DNA from: Octopus vulgaris
Lineage: Eukaryota
Assembly: GCA_951406725.2 (NCBI GenBank)
Contig: OX597818.1
Span: 128,588,001-128,652,000 of the forward strand
DNA: 64,000 nucleotides
Reading direction: 5' to 3'
Shown: piece after piece, positions 25,152 to 38,449 of the stretch
How the letters are laid out: each line of letters opens with the position of its first letter
How positions within the stretch are numbered: the first letter of the stretch is position 1
Made by a program: the position numbers and the translations under genes
The notes under the pieces: generated by a model
The model's input: only the letters and a program-made list of their open reading frames with translations
The model's database searches: none
What the model was told of the DNA's origin: nothing

Positions 25152-27146
25152 TATTATATATAGATAGATCGATAGATAGATCCCATTCTCAAGTTAACAT
25201 ATGCACTTTTTTTTTTAAGTACAAGCAAGAAGGATAGAGGAAATTAAATGTTGAGATATTCCCCCAGGACAACACCATTATTAAGGAAACTTCTAAATGG
25301 GGAATCAAAATGAGGTCATAGTCTCGGTTCATTGATAATTTAATACTCCATACATCATGGTGGCCACGACACATTTCCCATTTACACCCACTTTCACACA
25401 TTTTTGTGGTTATTTCCTTTGGGGGTGGCAAAACATATATATACAGAAGATGTTTTTTCTTGTTTTTCAGTTTATTATATTTCCTAGTGATGAATTCCCT
25501 TATGTAAACAGAAAAAAACCCAAAGATTTATAGGTCAACATGAACATGATGTGATGAGTCAATAGTGATATTTGTGATATTTGTTTTGACTGTTATATGT
25601 TTTGAGTTCAAATCCCACTGAGATCAACTTTGTCTTTCATCTTCCAAGGGTTGATAATGTACCAAATGAGGGTGATTGTTGAAGTATGGCTGACTTAAAT
25701 GTAGAATTAATCCATCACCTAGTTTGACACTTCTCCCTAGCATCATGGCTGTCTTTAGCTGAGTCCTCTCTGTTGCAAGCATCTGGGCCAGATCTCCAGT
25801 TTGAGGATACCTTTTTCTCCACAAGTTTCTATTACCCTGCAAAAGGTAATAGACAATGGCATCCCTCCTGGCTTATAAGATTACCCTTTAGCATTTAAAC
25901 TGGCCATATCTGGCCCAAAATATTCTACCTCTTCCATGTTAAAACTGGTCACATCTAACCTTTCACGCCTGTCTAACGATGTCATTGAAAGTATAAACAA
26001 TCACATCATTGAAATCTCAAAGCTACAAGATATTGCATGATTAAATCAAAACAATGTGAATAAATATGTTACCTTTGACAGAATAATCTGAATGCTAAAA
26101 AGTTAAAAAAAGAAAAAGAAAAAAAGGCATTAGAAAGAAAGCAAAATTAAAATGGTTTCTACTGATTGACATTGATTACATTGATATTAGATGTTTTCCA
26201 TATCAAGTTGAGGTCTAATATCAGCATAATCAATTTTTGGAGTGAAGATAGAACACTCAATAAATTGAATTCCAGTATCATGGAAAGTTAAGAAAAAAAA
26301 ATACTTAAGCATTTTATTTAGAGGAATCATCCTAAAAGTTTCCACAACTTCTGAGCAAAAATCCCTTTTTCTTTTTTGTAACAGTCTACCAGTTCCTGTC
26401 AGCCTTCAGTTGGCCCTTATTCTTATAAGCTGATAGGATGGTACTACTGGGTGGTGAGTGTATCATCCACTTGTGCGACTGAAGGCAGATTAGTCTCTTC
26501 TGTCATTTCCATAGCTTCTGCCTAAGATACAGTAAGTCTTCCAGACATTCTTGAAGCTGAGGCCACTGGTGTTATCAGCAGTGCTGTTAGGACTGCAGCC
26601 TCTGGAACTTGTTATTGTTGGTCATTCATTTTTTTCTTTGTTTTTGTCTACCCTTTAAAGCAGAAAGCCCTCAAATGTCACAGCTGGGTTTTCTGTCCAA
26701 CACAGCCAGCGTCATTTCTTGTGTTTCTGTGCCCACAACAAGGCACAGCTCCAGCATGATTCTATTATCTTGAATTGTTAAGACTTGCTAGTCCCTTCCT
26801 CTCTTCCCCAACAGTTTTTGTAAGGTAGTATGTCAGCTTTGTTCTTTCTTGCTCTTAAAGGCAGTCCCTACTAAACTTGTTTCTATAACTGGGCTTTGTC
26901 TATGTCTACTTTATTGGGTGTAACATTTACCAGAGTGTATGTAAAGCTGTCTTGTTGTTATCAAGTGAGTTGTTAAAATCTGCTCTCATTCATATTAGAA
27001 ATATCAAATATAGAGTTATTTTCTTTCAAAGTTTTAGTACTTCTTTTATATTCTTTTTTGTATGTATGTTGTTTTCTATGCAACTACCGAAGCTTTTGTT
27101 TGGGAGCGTGTTAGATTGACGTAGGTTGACATTTTGTATTGAATTA

Positions 27147-27576
27147 GATTTATAAGCCCTAAGATTCACTCCATAATTGCCCATAGGCATATGGCGCAAT
27201 GGTTAAGAGCATGGGCTACTAATCCCAAGATTCCGTGTACCCAAAATGTCTTCGAATTTTGTCACCCATTGCTGAAAAAAGTTTTAACCAAAATAAATGC
27301 TATGTTATTTACATTTGACGGATATTTGTCCTCATCTTTGTTGTTAACACAACTTTTCAGCTGATATACCCGCCAGCCTTCATCAGGTGTCTTGGGGAAA
27401 TTTCAAACTTGGGTTCTCATTTCTAAGGTATTTTTTAGAAAAATAATAATTATTATTCAGGTCACTGCCTGGAATCAAACACGGATTAGTACATGGGATT
27501 AGTAGCCCATGCTCTTAACCACTGCGCCATATGCCCATGGACAATTATGGAGTGAATTTTAGGGCTTATAAATCTA
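27147..27576. mobile_element. Family 1 element (leader, tRNA-like head, hammerhead) on minus strand, preceded by an inverted partial head
   Basis: 27147-27238 is an inverted copy of about 27482-27576. Minus strand reads TGGCGCAGTGGTTAAGAGC...GTTTGATTCC, an (AAT)-rich linker, then a hammerhead motif at 27346-27391. Confidence 0.7.
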
Positions 27577-27923
27577 GTATTTTCCTATCCTTCCTTAATA
27601 CTGGTATTTGAAGGGCAGTGGTTAGTTGACTAAATCAACTCCATTACTTCACTGGTACTTTATTTTATTGACCTTGAAAAAAGTAGTAATAAAAATAGAA
27701 ATAATGATTGTTTCCATAACTTCATAATAGTTAGTGTAGCATTTCTGTATTTTGTTGAGACAAAACGGTTAAGTGGATAAAGTATTGAACTACAAACTTG
27801 TAGTTACTAAATTTAAACCCACTGCAGTTGTTTCATTGTTTCTCTGAATACAACAGCTAATTCTACATACCTCAGTTCGCTTAGTTATTGGAGTCCCAAA
27901 CCTTATTACTCTCTTACTCTTTT

Positions 27924-28323
27924 ACTCTTTTACTTGTTTCAGTCATTTGACTGCGGCCATGCTGGAGCACCACCTTAAATCGAGCAACTCGACCCCGGGA
28001 CTTATTCTTTGTAAGCCCAGTACTTATTCTATTGGTCTCTTTTTGCCGAACCGCTAAGTGACGGGGACGTAAACACACCAGCATCGGCTGTCAAGCAATG
28101 CTAGGGGGACAAACACAGACACACAAGCACACATACATATACACATATATACATATATACGACAGACTTCTTTCAGTTTCTGTCTACCAAATCCACTCAC
28201 AAGGCATTGGTCAGCCCGGGGCTATAGCAGAAGACACTTGCCCAAGTTGCCACGCAGTGGGACTGAACCCGGAACCATGTGGTTGGTTAGCAAGCTACTT
28301 ACCTCACAGCCACTCCTGCGCCT
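27924..28323 (-). mobile_element. SINE family A, full length
   Basis: Begins AGGCGCAGGAGTGGCTGTG on the minus strand. Matches the other copies. Confidence 0.9.
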
Positions 28324-28997
28324 TGAGGAAGTTATTTACAAAAGAATAGCATCATATTTGGGAAAAAGGTCTCCTTTACACAACAGTTTAGAAGTTATAT
28401 AATATAGTTAAGCTTCAGTCCTAATGATTGTTGTGGTTCATAAATGATCAATATTTTTTTCCTTTCTTAACATGTAATCACAGTGTTAGATTTTGTGTAA
28501 AACTTATAACAAATTATAACAGTAACAATGCATCTAAACTGGTAACAACCAGTAGACAGCTAGCAAGATGGATCTTGAAAACATTTAGATGATAAAGTCT
28601 TGCAAGCACTGTGAATGACTTTTTTTTTGTCTTAGTCATCTAGCTTATTGCTTGCAATTATAGTTCCTTTGTCTAGTGAAGTTCACTATTGAATTGGAAG
28701 CTTTTGAACGGGTTCTGCTTATACATTACTCCTATACACCAGTTGTTCCACTGAGACAGGTTGAATATTTCAAGACTGTCATACTTCAGTGAAAATAACA
28801 ATATGCAGTAATTTACACTGGGATGGCAACTCCCATTGTGTATCTGTGTATGTTGATTCTGTAGCTGTGTTCTGAAGAATGAAAAAAGGAAATTTCTGTA
28901 AGATCTGTGATGGAAAATGACCTATCCATTTACAGGACAATTTTCAGAAAGCTAACCAGCTATTTGGTTATCCTTCACTCAAGTAACTATGTACAAG

Positions 28998-30090
28998 TCT
29001 GATTTAACACCCATGATTCATACTGGCATGGGTTGGATGATTTGACAGGATCTTTTGGGTCCAACGACCGCATTGTGCTCCAGTGTCTGCTTTGGTATGG
29101 TGTCTATGTTTGGCTGGATGTCGCTCATAACACCAAACGCTTTACAGCATGTACTGGGTGCTTTTTTTGTGCCACCAGCACTATTGAGGTTGCCATGCAG
29201 CCTGCAAGACTACAGACTGTGAGGGAGGGCATTTCATCTTTATGCTAGGGGATGGGAGGAGTTGAAGTATAAGAGAAGTGGGAGGTAGAGTAAGTTCTTG
29301 TAGAAGAGCTACATGGTTACTAACATTTAGTAGAGGAGGGATAGAATAATCAGGAGGAGATGCAAAGAGATAGATAATAGAGATGAGGTATCCAGGTGGT
29401 TCCTCGAGGTACAGGCAGAGTAGAAAAGGTGGGTAGTGGCAAGATTGTTTGGTGAGCAAGAAGATTAGGGGATGCGGAAGCAGTTTGCAACTATAGGGTT
29501 GAAGGGTGATGACCAATGAGTTGTGAGTTGGAGAGGATAGAGGGCTGCAGAAGGGAGCAGGTGGTGGTGGGCAGAGTGACAGAATAGGAATGATACAGTT
29601 GACAGGAGGAGGGCAAGAGATGACAAAGTGGGGGTAGGCTGCAGGAGCAGGATGATAGGTAGGTATAGTGCATAGTGAGGGGTAGTTTGGTTCATGAGGG
29701 TAGGGGGGAATCAATGTAATGTGTGGGTTGAGAGCGCAATATACACAGTGCTTCTAGAACTCATTTTCACCGGGGTGGATTGGTCTAGAACCTCATACCA
29801 CCAGACATCTGTCCTTTGTCATCTCCTCCATGAGGCTCAACATCTTGAGACCAGCCCTCACTACTTCATACCATGTCTTCCTGGGCCTCTCTCTTCCACA
29901 AGTTTCATCCACTTTAAGCAATCAGCAACTTCTTTATACACTTGTCCTCATCCATATCCATCACACGACCAGAATCCATTGCCATCTTTTCTCTTGCATG
30001 CTTCATCTGATTCCTCTTATGCTCAATTTTTCTCTCAACACATTTGGACTGTGTCATACATGCACATTGACATTGTACATCCATCAGAGC
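28998..30090 (-). mobile_element. Old 5'-truncated RTE LINE with a long pyrimidine-rich 3' UTR
   Basis: 29790-30090 is homologous to 20170-20410 (RTE ORF end). 29000-29200 is a family D tail. The intervening stretch is strand-biased. Confidence 0.7.
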
Positions 30091-30713
30091 AACAGAAAAA
30101 ATCCCAGATTATTAAGTCTTTCTTTAGTGAGAAATGTACTACTCAATATAGATAAGAGATTAGGGATCTCAAGTTGTGTGCTAAACTCAGGAGGCAAGAG
30201 AAACTAGAGAAAAAAACTGAAAGATTTCTCTGCTGCACATGTAAATTTCAGGTGCACATAAGTTGCAGTGGTGTCTCCAAAAAGGTTGACAGATGAAGAA
30301 TAATAGATGTAACAGATTCACAGGAGTGGCTTGGACTATAAGCACCTTGGGAATGCAATCTGCTTAGAAGGCTCACTAGAAATAATCAATAACTTCTCTT
30401 TGGTCATTGTGGAAAAATTGACATGTTTAATAGTATTGAAGTAGTTTTCAACTTTAAACTTGTTGCAACATCATAGCAAAAAAAGAATTCCTAGTTGAGT
30501 GATGGTTGGCAAAAATTTCAGTTATACATCTGGGAGGTTGGTATTTGTCAGTTTATAAACCACTAACCTAGGGGACCTAATCAGCAGCAGAGTGGGTGTT
30601 GAGGAATGATAGCAACCTGAATTAAAATGGGGATGGAAAAGTTAGCATCAGTTTCTCTCTTCAACACAAGGACAGATGTATGATGTTCTTGTACGATGTA
30701 ATGCTACTACATA

Positions 30714-31073
30714 GAGGTGCATGGCCCAGTGGTTAGGGCAGCAAACTTACGGTTGTAGGACCGCAGTTTTGATTCCCAGACCTGGCGTTGTAAGTGTTTA
30801 TTGAGCAAAAACACCTTAAGCTCTATGAGGCTCTGGCAGGGGATGGTGGCGAACCCTGCTGTACTCTTTCACCACAACTTTCTCTCTTTCTTCCTGTTTC
30901 TGTTGCAACTGTATTTCAAAGGGCCAGCCTTGTCACACTGAATCTCCCCGAGCACTATGTTAAGGGTACACGTGTCAGTGGAGTGCTCAGCCACTGGCAC
31001 TTTAATTTCATGAGCAGGCTGTTCCATCAATCAGATTGACTGTAACCCTCGTTGTTATAACCGACGGCGTGCC
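30714..31073 (+). mobile_element. SINE family B, older CpG-decayed copy
   Basis: Aligns to 10829-11218 with many CG>TG/CA changes. Confidence 0.85.
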
Positions 31074-33032
31074 AAATTTTTTTTTTATGCTATTGTATAA
31101 GAGCCAGATATGGGTACTGAATGCTGAGGGTGTGTGAAGGTTGGAAAGAAATTAGATGAGTGTGCTTTGATGTTTACATGTTAGTGCATAATTAACAAAG
31201 CATAGGTGAGCTGAGTAAGAAATGAGCATTAGAGGTTTAATAGCTATATGCAAGAGAGACGTGCATGCTGCTACTGACATGTGATGCAATATGAAGGGTG
31301 AAGTATTTAAGCAGTCTATGTTGCAGAAATTTGTATTAGAAGAAATGGTGAAGACTGCTCTTAGGATGCTGAATCTCACAAAGAACATGATGTGTTGAAA
31401 TATTGTGCTGATGCAGATATGCCCAACCTAGGTACTGTGTAAAATGGATGTAATAAAATGATGACAAAGATCTTGTAAGGATTGGCACCGAACCTTGAGT
31501 TGATTCCTAACTGGATGGTATTGCATAGTGGCAAGAATTCTGTCTTGTCATTCTTGAGTTATAGGTGCTATGCTGTAAATTTGGGTCTCAAAGGACCTCA
31601 GCTGTATACTATATCAAAACATGATGAGGTTTGGACAGTCTACTTGTATTTAGATCCTTGATAAATCTATATCATGCTGAAACAAAATATGAAGGACTAA
31701 CTCGCCTCATTCTCCAAATATCAAACAAACGAAAATAATCAGCAAAAGTATTGAAGGCACCACCACCATAGTATTACTACTTGCTGCAGCTTGAATGTTT
31801 GAAGCAGTAAAAATGTATCCTTTCCACAAGAAAATAAGTAATGTGAATGTAATATGAAAAAATGCCAGTAGGGAATTTATAGTGTTGTAGATTCTATTCA
31901 CAAAAAAAAAAAGATTTCACATTTTGCTGAAACGTCTGCCACTTCAGGCAAGAATGTTGACTTGGAATTGTTTTGAAATTTAATATGTGTGTGTATGTTG
32001 TTTTATATCATTTTTTTTATGTTGGCTCAATGCCTCAAATTTATAGGTGAAGAATAATAAACTAAATTGTCCTCTTCTCCCCTTTCTCTCAAAGTTGTTC
32101 TCATCTAAACTTGAAACTTAGAAGCATGAAACTAAATACTGCAAGACATTTAGTCTGGTGCTCTGACTATTTTTGTCTCAAATCCTGCCTTTGTACATGT
32201 CATTGGTATTCTAAAGTTATCTTTGGTGTATAGATGAATGTCTGTTGTGCTCTTTACCCATTGATAAATATTTCTGGTTGGAGGGTGGTTCATCCATCAG
32301 AGTTGACCATGTATGCACAGGTATAAGCAATGTTTGCTAGTGGAAAGCTGACAGTTGCCCATGCATGGAAGTCTTCTTTCTCTATATCACTGATGTTGTC
32401 CAAGGCAAAGGTCATGACTTGGCACCAGTGTCATTGCAGGCATTGCTGTCAGAATGCAGAGGGTCGAAACAGATACCACAAGGTACCTTATTCAACAGTC
32501 TGAGAATTCCACTAATCCATCATCCTGGATCAGTACATTTTTATAGACCCTGAAAAGATGAAAGGCAAAGTTGACCGCAGTGAGATTTGAACCTGGAAAG
32601 CAGAGAGTCAGAACAGAAACCACAAATCATTCCATCCTACTCACTAACAACTCAGCCAATTTGCCAACTTTTCTGGTCTTGAGTGATTAAGTAATTCACT
32701 TGATAGTCTGGTGCGAGGCATATCAATGAAGAGGATTTTGAACTATTTTACACATAGCTTCCAGGGTTTTCTTTCATCATACCAGGATGATAGGCTGTGG
32801 GAGGATTTGAATTCACCATTACAGACTAAGTAAAACTATTTTCTGTTAGAACTGGCTTTACTGCTTTTAGGGGCAAATTGTGTCTTCCCATTGTAACTAT
32901 TATAAAATAAAGTTGCCGAGTCTCTTCTGATTGGATGGTGAGTGTTCAATCAACTAAATTACCTCGTCATTGAATTAACTTGGAAGTGGCTGAGTATTCC
33001 ACAGAGACATTCACTCATAACATAATTCTTAC

Positions 33033-33427
33033 AGGCGCAGGAGTGGCTGTGTGGTAAATAGCCTGTCTACCAACCACATGGTTCCGGGTTCAGTCCCACT
33101 GCGTGGCACCTTGGGCAAGTGTCTTCTACTATAGCCTTGGGCCGACCAAAGCCTTGTGAGTGGATTTGGTAGACGGAAACTGAAAGAAGCCCGTCGTATA
33201 TATGTATATATATATATGTATGCATATGTGTCTGTGTTTGTCCCCCTAGCATTGCTTGACAACCGATGCTGGTGTGTTTATATCCCCGTTACTTAGCGGT
33301 TCGGCAAAAGAGACCGATAGAATAAGTACTGGGCTTACAAAAGAATAAGTCCCGGGGTCGATTTGCTCGATTAAAAGGCGGTGCTCCAGCATGGCCGCAG
33401 TCAAATGACTGAAACAAGTAAAAGAGA
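33033..33427 (+). mobile_element. SINE family A, full length
   Basis: AGGCGCAGGAGTGGCTGTGTGG head through ...GACTGAAACAAGTAAAAGAG tail. Confidence 0.9.
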
Positions 33428-33905
33428 AAAGAGAGAGTGTGACACAGTGGGATCTTTGAATAACAGTCCATCTGATGGCCTTCTGCATTCATTCCGTTTA
33501 TTTAATTTTACTTACAAGGCTTGGATCAACTCTGTGCAACTGCCGAATGAACTTTTTAACCATTCAGCTGTTACATTAACACAAGCATATATATGTACAT
33601 ATATACAATGGGCTTCTTTTAGTTTCTGTCTACCAAATCCAATTGCAAGTTTTGGTTGGCTTGAGGTTATAGTAGAAGACATTTGCCAAACATTCAACGC
33701 AGTGAGAACAAACCTGGAACCATGTAATTTAGGAAGCCACCTTCCTACCACACAGCCATGCCTGTGCCTACGTTTTCTACTTTTTCATAAAGAGTAATAA
33801 TTGTTGTTGAGCTTTGCGTTAGTCTTGATCAAACAGACATATAATCAAAGGTGTTCTATCTGTGAACATCTTGTCTTTCATTGAAGCATGGTTATCTAGG
33901 ATCAC

Positions 33906-34262
33906 AGGCATGGCTGTGTGGTAAGAAGCTTGCTTCCCAACAGCATGGGTCTGGGTTCAGTCCCACTGCATGGCACCTTGAGCATGTGTCTCCTACTATA
34001 GCCTCAGGCCAACCAAAACCTTGTGGGTGGATTTGGTAGACGTAAACTTAAAGGAGCCTGTCATATATATCTATGTGTGCATTTCTTTTTCTCTTGACAA
34101 CCAATGTTGGTGTGTTTATGTCCATGTAACTTAATTTGGTAAAAGAGATTGATAGAATAAATACTAGGCTTTAAAAAAAAGTCCTAGAGTTGATTTGTTT
34201 GGCTAAAACCCTTCAAGGTAGTGCCCCAGCATGGCCGCAGTGAAATGCCTGAATCAAAGTAA
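33906..34262 (+). mobile_element. Older SINE family A copy
   Basis: Diverged but collinear with family A. Confidence 0.8.
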
Positions 34263-35275
34263 AAAAAGGAATGTTTTCTCTTTTTAAGCTGGTTGAGAAA
34301 GGTTTGGCTGCTATTTTTAATAGATTAGGCACTAGGATTACATAATCCAACATGTTCTCTCATGAAGTTGATTGAAGGAGATTTGGCTGCTACTTTTAAT
34401 AGCTTAGGCAACCAATTGAATATGTAAATTTCTTTTCTTCTGGTGACACAATTCAGACTGCTGTCATATCTTAATCTTCTCAGCATTTTCTTAAACTGAC
34501 AGTACTTTTTTCTTGATGTAGATGTCATGAATATATGACTCTAATTGTAATTCTTTTAAATGAAATACTAAGTCTTAACATCAAGAATACCTCGTATAAC
34601 CAAATGTAAAAATGCAATTGATTTTATGTCATTACAGCAAAAAGTTATTATCAAAGAAATGCTGTAAATGTGTATTTGTTGTTGGGAGAACATTTACAAG
34701 TGACTGAACAAGATTAAATAAAAATGAAAAAAAAATATATATATATTTATGAATTTCCATTATAGTAAAAGAAGCAGATTAGTCTAATTAGTTAATCAAG
34801 CATTTGTTTTTATTATTTCAAACAATCTTAGAGCATATAGCTTAGTCAGCAATGCATAACAGATCAATGAATGCTTGATTGGACGAAATTATTGAAATCA
34901 AATAAAAAAAAATATTGCAAAGTGTTATTTTGGCAGAATTTGTGAGACCGTTGGAAGAATCTCATTGCTGTTTCTGAATTTTTCTCAGCTTTTTATGTTC
35001 TGAGTTTAAATCCCTCTTCATTTCTTTGAGGTGTTGATAACAGATAATAGTAATCTACTCCTGGAGTCACTACACTCGGATAGCCCATTCCCTCCCCTCA
35101 AAGTTTCTTGACTTGTGCTTAAATTAGAAGCAATTATTGGTCATGTTAACACACGGATGCAAAGTGGAACCAAACATTTATATAATGATTCAGTAAATAT
35201 GCTCATTATTTTCCACGCGGATCAGTTGCAGCATCTAGCTGTTCTCTTTCTTTCAGCAGTAGCATTTATGTCATT

Positions 35276-35325
<50 letters not shown>

Positions 35326-35811
35326 CAAGTTGTAGTGCTTGTCCTTTTTTCTCTCTTTGTCTCTTTTGGTTGTGGAAGTTGTCTCTTCTTCCTTCCTTTA
35401 TCAATAGAAAGATATGTTCTTTTGTCATACCTACCATCTTTTTGGTTTCTGAATAAACACACACACAAATGCAGTTTTATAATTTGACACATATGGAGCT
35501 TCGAATAAGAGCAAAAAAAAAAAAAAAATCCATTGGCAATTATAGGTAACTTGTGGGTACTAAAATGGTTGATGCCCTCCCCCCAGCTTGATAAAAGCAG
35601 TGTCAACTAAGGTAGGAATTGAACTCAAAAAATATAATGGTCTAAATCTGAATATTGTTAGGCATTTAGTCTGACACCCAACCACTCTTGCTAGGCGACT
35701 TTCCCAATAAAGGTAAAGTATGAAAGTAGATACCTCAGTAAAAAAGTTTTAGTTTATCCTTCTTTACAGAAAAATTTAGTTCTAATGAAATATGAACAAA
35801 TAATATTGCAA

Positions 35812-36900
35812 AGTGGATGTACAAAAGTGCTGAGAGAAAAATTGGGCATAAGAGGCATCAGATGTGGGGTGTGCAGGAGAGACGGTTGCACTGGTATGGT
35901 CATGTGATGCAGATGGACGAGGACAGCTATATAAAGAAGTGTCAGTCACTAAATGTAGTAGTAACCTGTGAAGACCTAGGAAGACATGAGACAAAGTGGT
36001 GGAGATTGACCTCAAGATTTTGAGCTTCAGAGAGGAAACTACACAGGATTGAGATGAATGGCAATATGCTGTGCTTGAGCAGACCCATCCATCTCTGCAG
36101 AATTGAGGATCTGCCAAGTTTTCCCTCACAACTCATCTAACATCCACTCTTCTGTCAATCTTCCTTCACTTCTCACTGAACTCCTATTCTTTGCTTTCAA
36201 CTTAATCCCTATCTCTAATCATCTGTCACACTATTCTCACTCAGTGCACTTACCTGTACGTCTACCTTTTATGATCATCTATCCTACTCTGTCTCTTATA
36301 GTCATCTTGTACCTTCACCTCACATCTGTCTCTCATTTTCCTGATGGGCACACCATGTATTCACCTCTTCAGGAGGACACCTGATTCTATCCCTCTGTTC
36401 TATCTTCCACTCAGTTGAGGTGTCTTGTGGGTACATAGTGACCTCACCAGTGCTAGTGCCACATAAAAAGCTCCCAGTACACTGTGGAGTAGTTGGCTAT
36501 AGGAAGGGCATCCAGCTGTAGAAACATGTATTCACTTCTTCAGGAGGACACCTGATTCTATCCCTTTGTTCTACAGCATCCAGCTGTAGAAACATGTATT
36601 CACCTCTTCAGGAGGACACCTGATTCTTTCTCTCTATCCTAGTTTCTTATCCCTCTGTTCTATCTTCTACTCAGTTGAGGTGTCTTGTGGGTACATGATG
36701 ACCTCACCAGTGCTAGTGCCACATAAAAAGCTCCCAGTACACTGTGGAGTAGTTGGCTATAGGAAGGGCATCCAGCTGTAGGAACTGTGCAAAGCAGACG
36801 TAGAACCAGGCACAGCCCTCTGGTTTGTCTGTTCTTGTTGAACCGTCCAACCCATGTCAGCATGGATAAAGGGATGTTAAATTATTGTAATGATGATGAT
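35812..36900 (+). mobile_element. 5'-truncated RTE LINE with internal tandem duplications in the 3' UTR
   Basis: ORF 35817 includes GVQERRLHWYGHVMQMDEDSYIKKCQSLNV. Family D tail ends at 36900. CATGTATTCAC..GGACACCTGATTCT recurs at 36354, 36524 and 36592. Confidence 0.8.
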
Positions 36901-37954
36901 GTAAACAGCTTTTGGTGTGTGATTATGAAAGCATGATTAAACATAACTAATCTGGTAAACTGTCATAAAAGGTTTATTCTCTGTGCACCAAAATGACCGA
37001 ATAGTGATATACGTATTACAAAGCAATGATAAGCCTAATTAGCTAATGAAATGAGCTTTTCTGGCTTTTTTCTTTTTTCTTTTTAAACTGCAAAATATCT
37101 GACGACAGTATTAAAATTGATTTTTCTAGCAGTGTTTGATTCAGTGCTCAATCTTGTTAAATCATCAAGTTAAAGTATGAGACATAGAAAAACATCTGAT
37201 GTTTGAGTTTGCTGAAAGATTTATTTCTCTGTTGATGCTGTTATAGCTGGAATTGTCAACAATATTCTCAAACAAACTAATGCAAACATTTAGCAGTATC
37301 TTAAAAAGTCAGTTGATAAGTTTAGTAATTCTACAGGTTTCTGTTATGGTTTTCTAAAATTTGCTTTCTATACTTACAGGAAATGTTATAGTTCTGCTGT
37401 AAAATCTTTGTCAGCACCATGTTGATGTTCTAACCCTGTTTTTATTTTTATTTTTTCTTTATCCTCAACTCACAGTTAATCCTGCAATAATACATACATA
37501 TATATTTATATATCTGTGTGTGTGCGTGCACATATATGTATATAATTAAAGGTATTAAAAAAGCATTGTTTTCAATATCAGTATTTAACACCAATTAATA
37601 AAATTTTCTCATATCATTTTTATTAAGAAGTTAATAGGTACAAATAGTTAAGAATCCATTTGAATAATTAAATTAAGATAGCTGATATTATGTCAGTAAG
37701 TTATATTTTTTTAATTATTAACAATTAGCCAATATCTTAATGACAAAAAGTGAAAATGAAAGAAATATTTTAAAAAAATAAATAGAATAGAAGAAAGAAT
37801 GTAATTCAAACAGAACAAAAAATTGATGCATTGAAGAAAAACATTAATTTTGTTTTTGCAATTGGAAATGACAATGGACTGAGATGTCTGGCGAAGTTCT
37901 AGAAGCGCTGTGTGTCTCACACACTCTACCACAACAAACCAAACTATATATCTA

Positions 37955-38449
37955 CTAGCAGTATTGCCCAGCGTTGCTCGGGTTTGTAAGGGAAATAACT
38001 ATATAAGCATTTTTAGAGAGTTATAGCCCAAAAATAGCAAAAAAAATGCATTAAAAATGGAAAAAAAATTATGGTAAATTTTTTTTAAATCGTAGACTCA
38101 TTGTAGACATTTTTAGAGAGTTACTTCCCTTATATAATAGCGAAAAAATGCATTAAAATGGGAAAAAATGATGGTAAATTTTTTTTTAAATCGTTGACTC
38201 ATCATAGACATTTTTAGAGAGTTACTTCCCTTATATAATAGCGAAAAATGCATTAAAACGGAAAAAAATGATGGTAAATTATTTTTAAAATCGTAGACTC
38301 ATCGTAGACGCGCGCTAATACCCAGAAGGGCTCAATATGAATCACGACTATAAGATACCCGCTTTTGGTTACACTGCACTGCAAAATGTGGGAGTAAGGA
38401 ATCTAAATCGTAGGAGACAGACACACAACTTCACTTTTATATATAAAGA
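37955..38449 (-). mobile_element. Non-autonomous Helitron, same family as 24756-25151 (3 internal units)
   Basis: Minus strand A|TC ... hairpin CCCGAGCAACGCTGGG ... CTAG|T. 99 bp longer than the other copy. Confidence 0.85.

Noticed and set aside
25551-25622. C/D-box snoRNA candidate (GTGATGA...CTGA)
   Set aside because: No terminal stem, and the CTGA lies in a decayed Meta-like SINE remnant.
29181-29714. Longest ORF in the track (177 aa, Pro/Leu-rich)
   Set aside because: It lies in the pyrimidine-rich 3' UTR of a decayed RTE LINE. Low stop density follows from composition.
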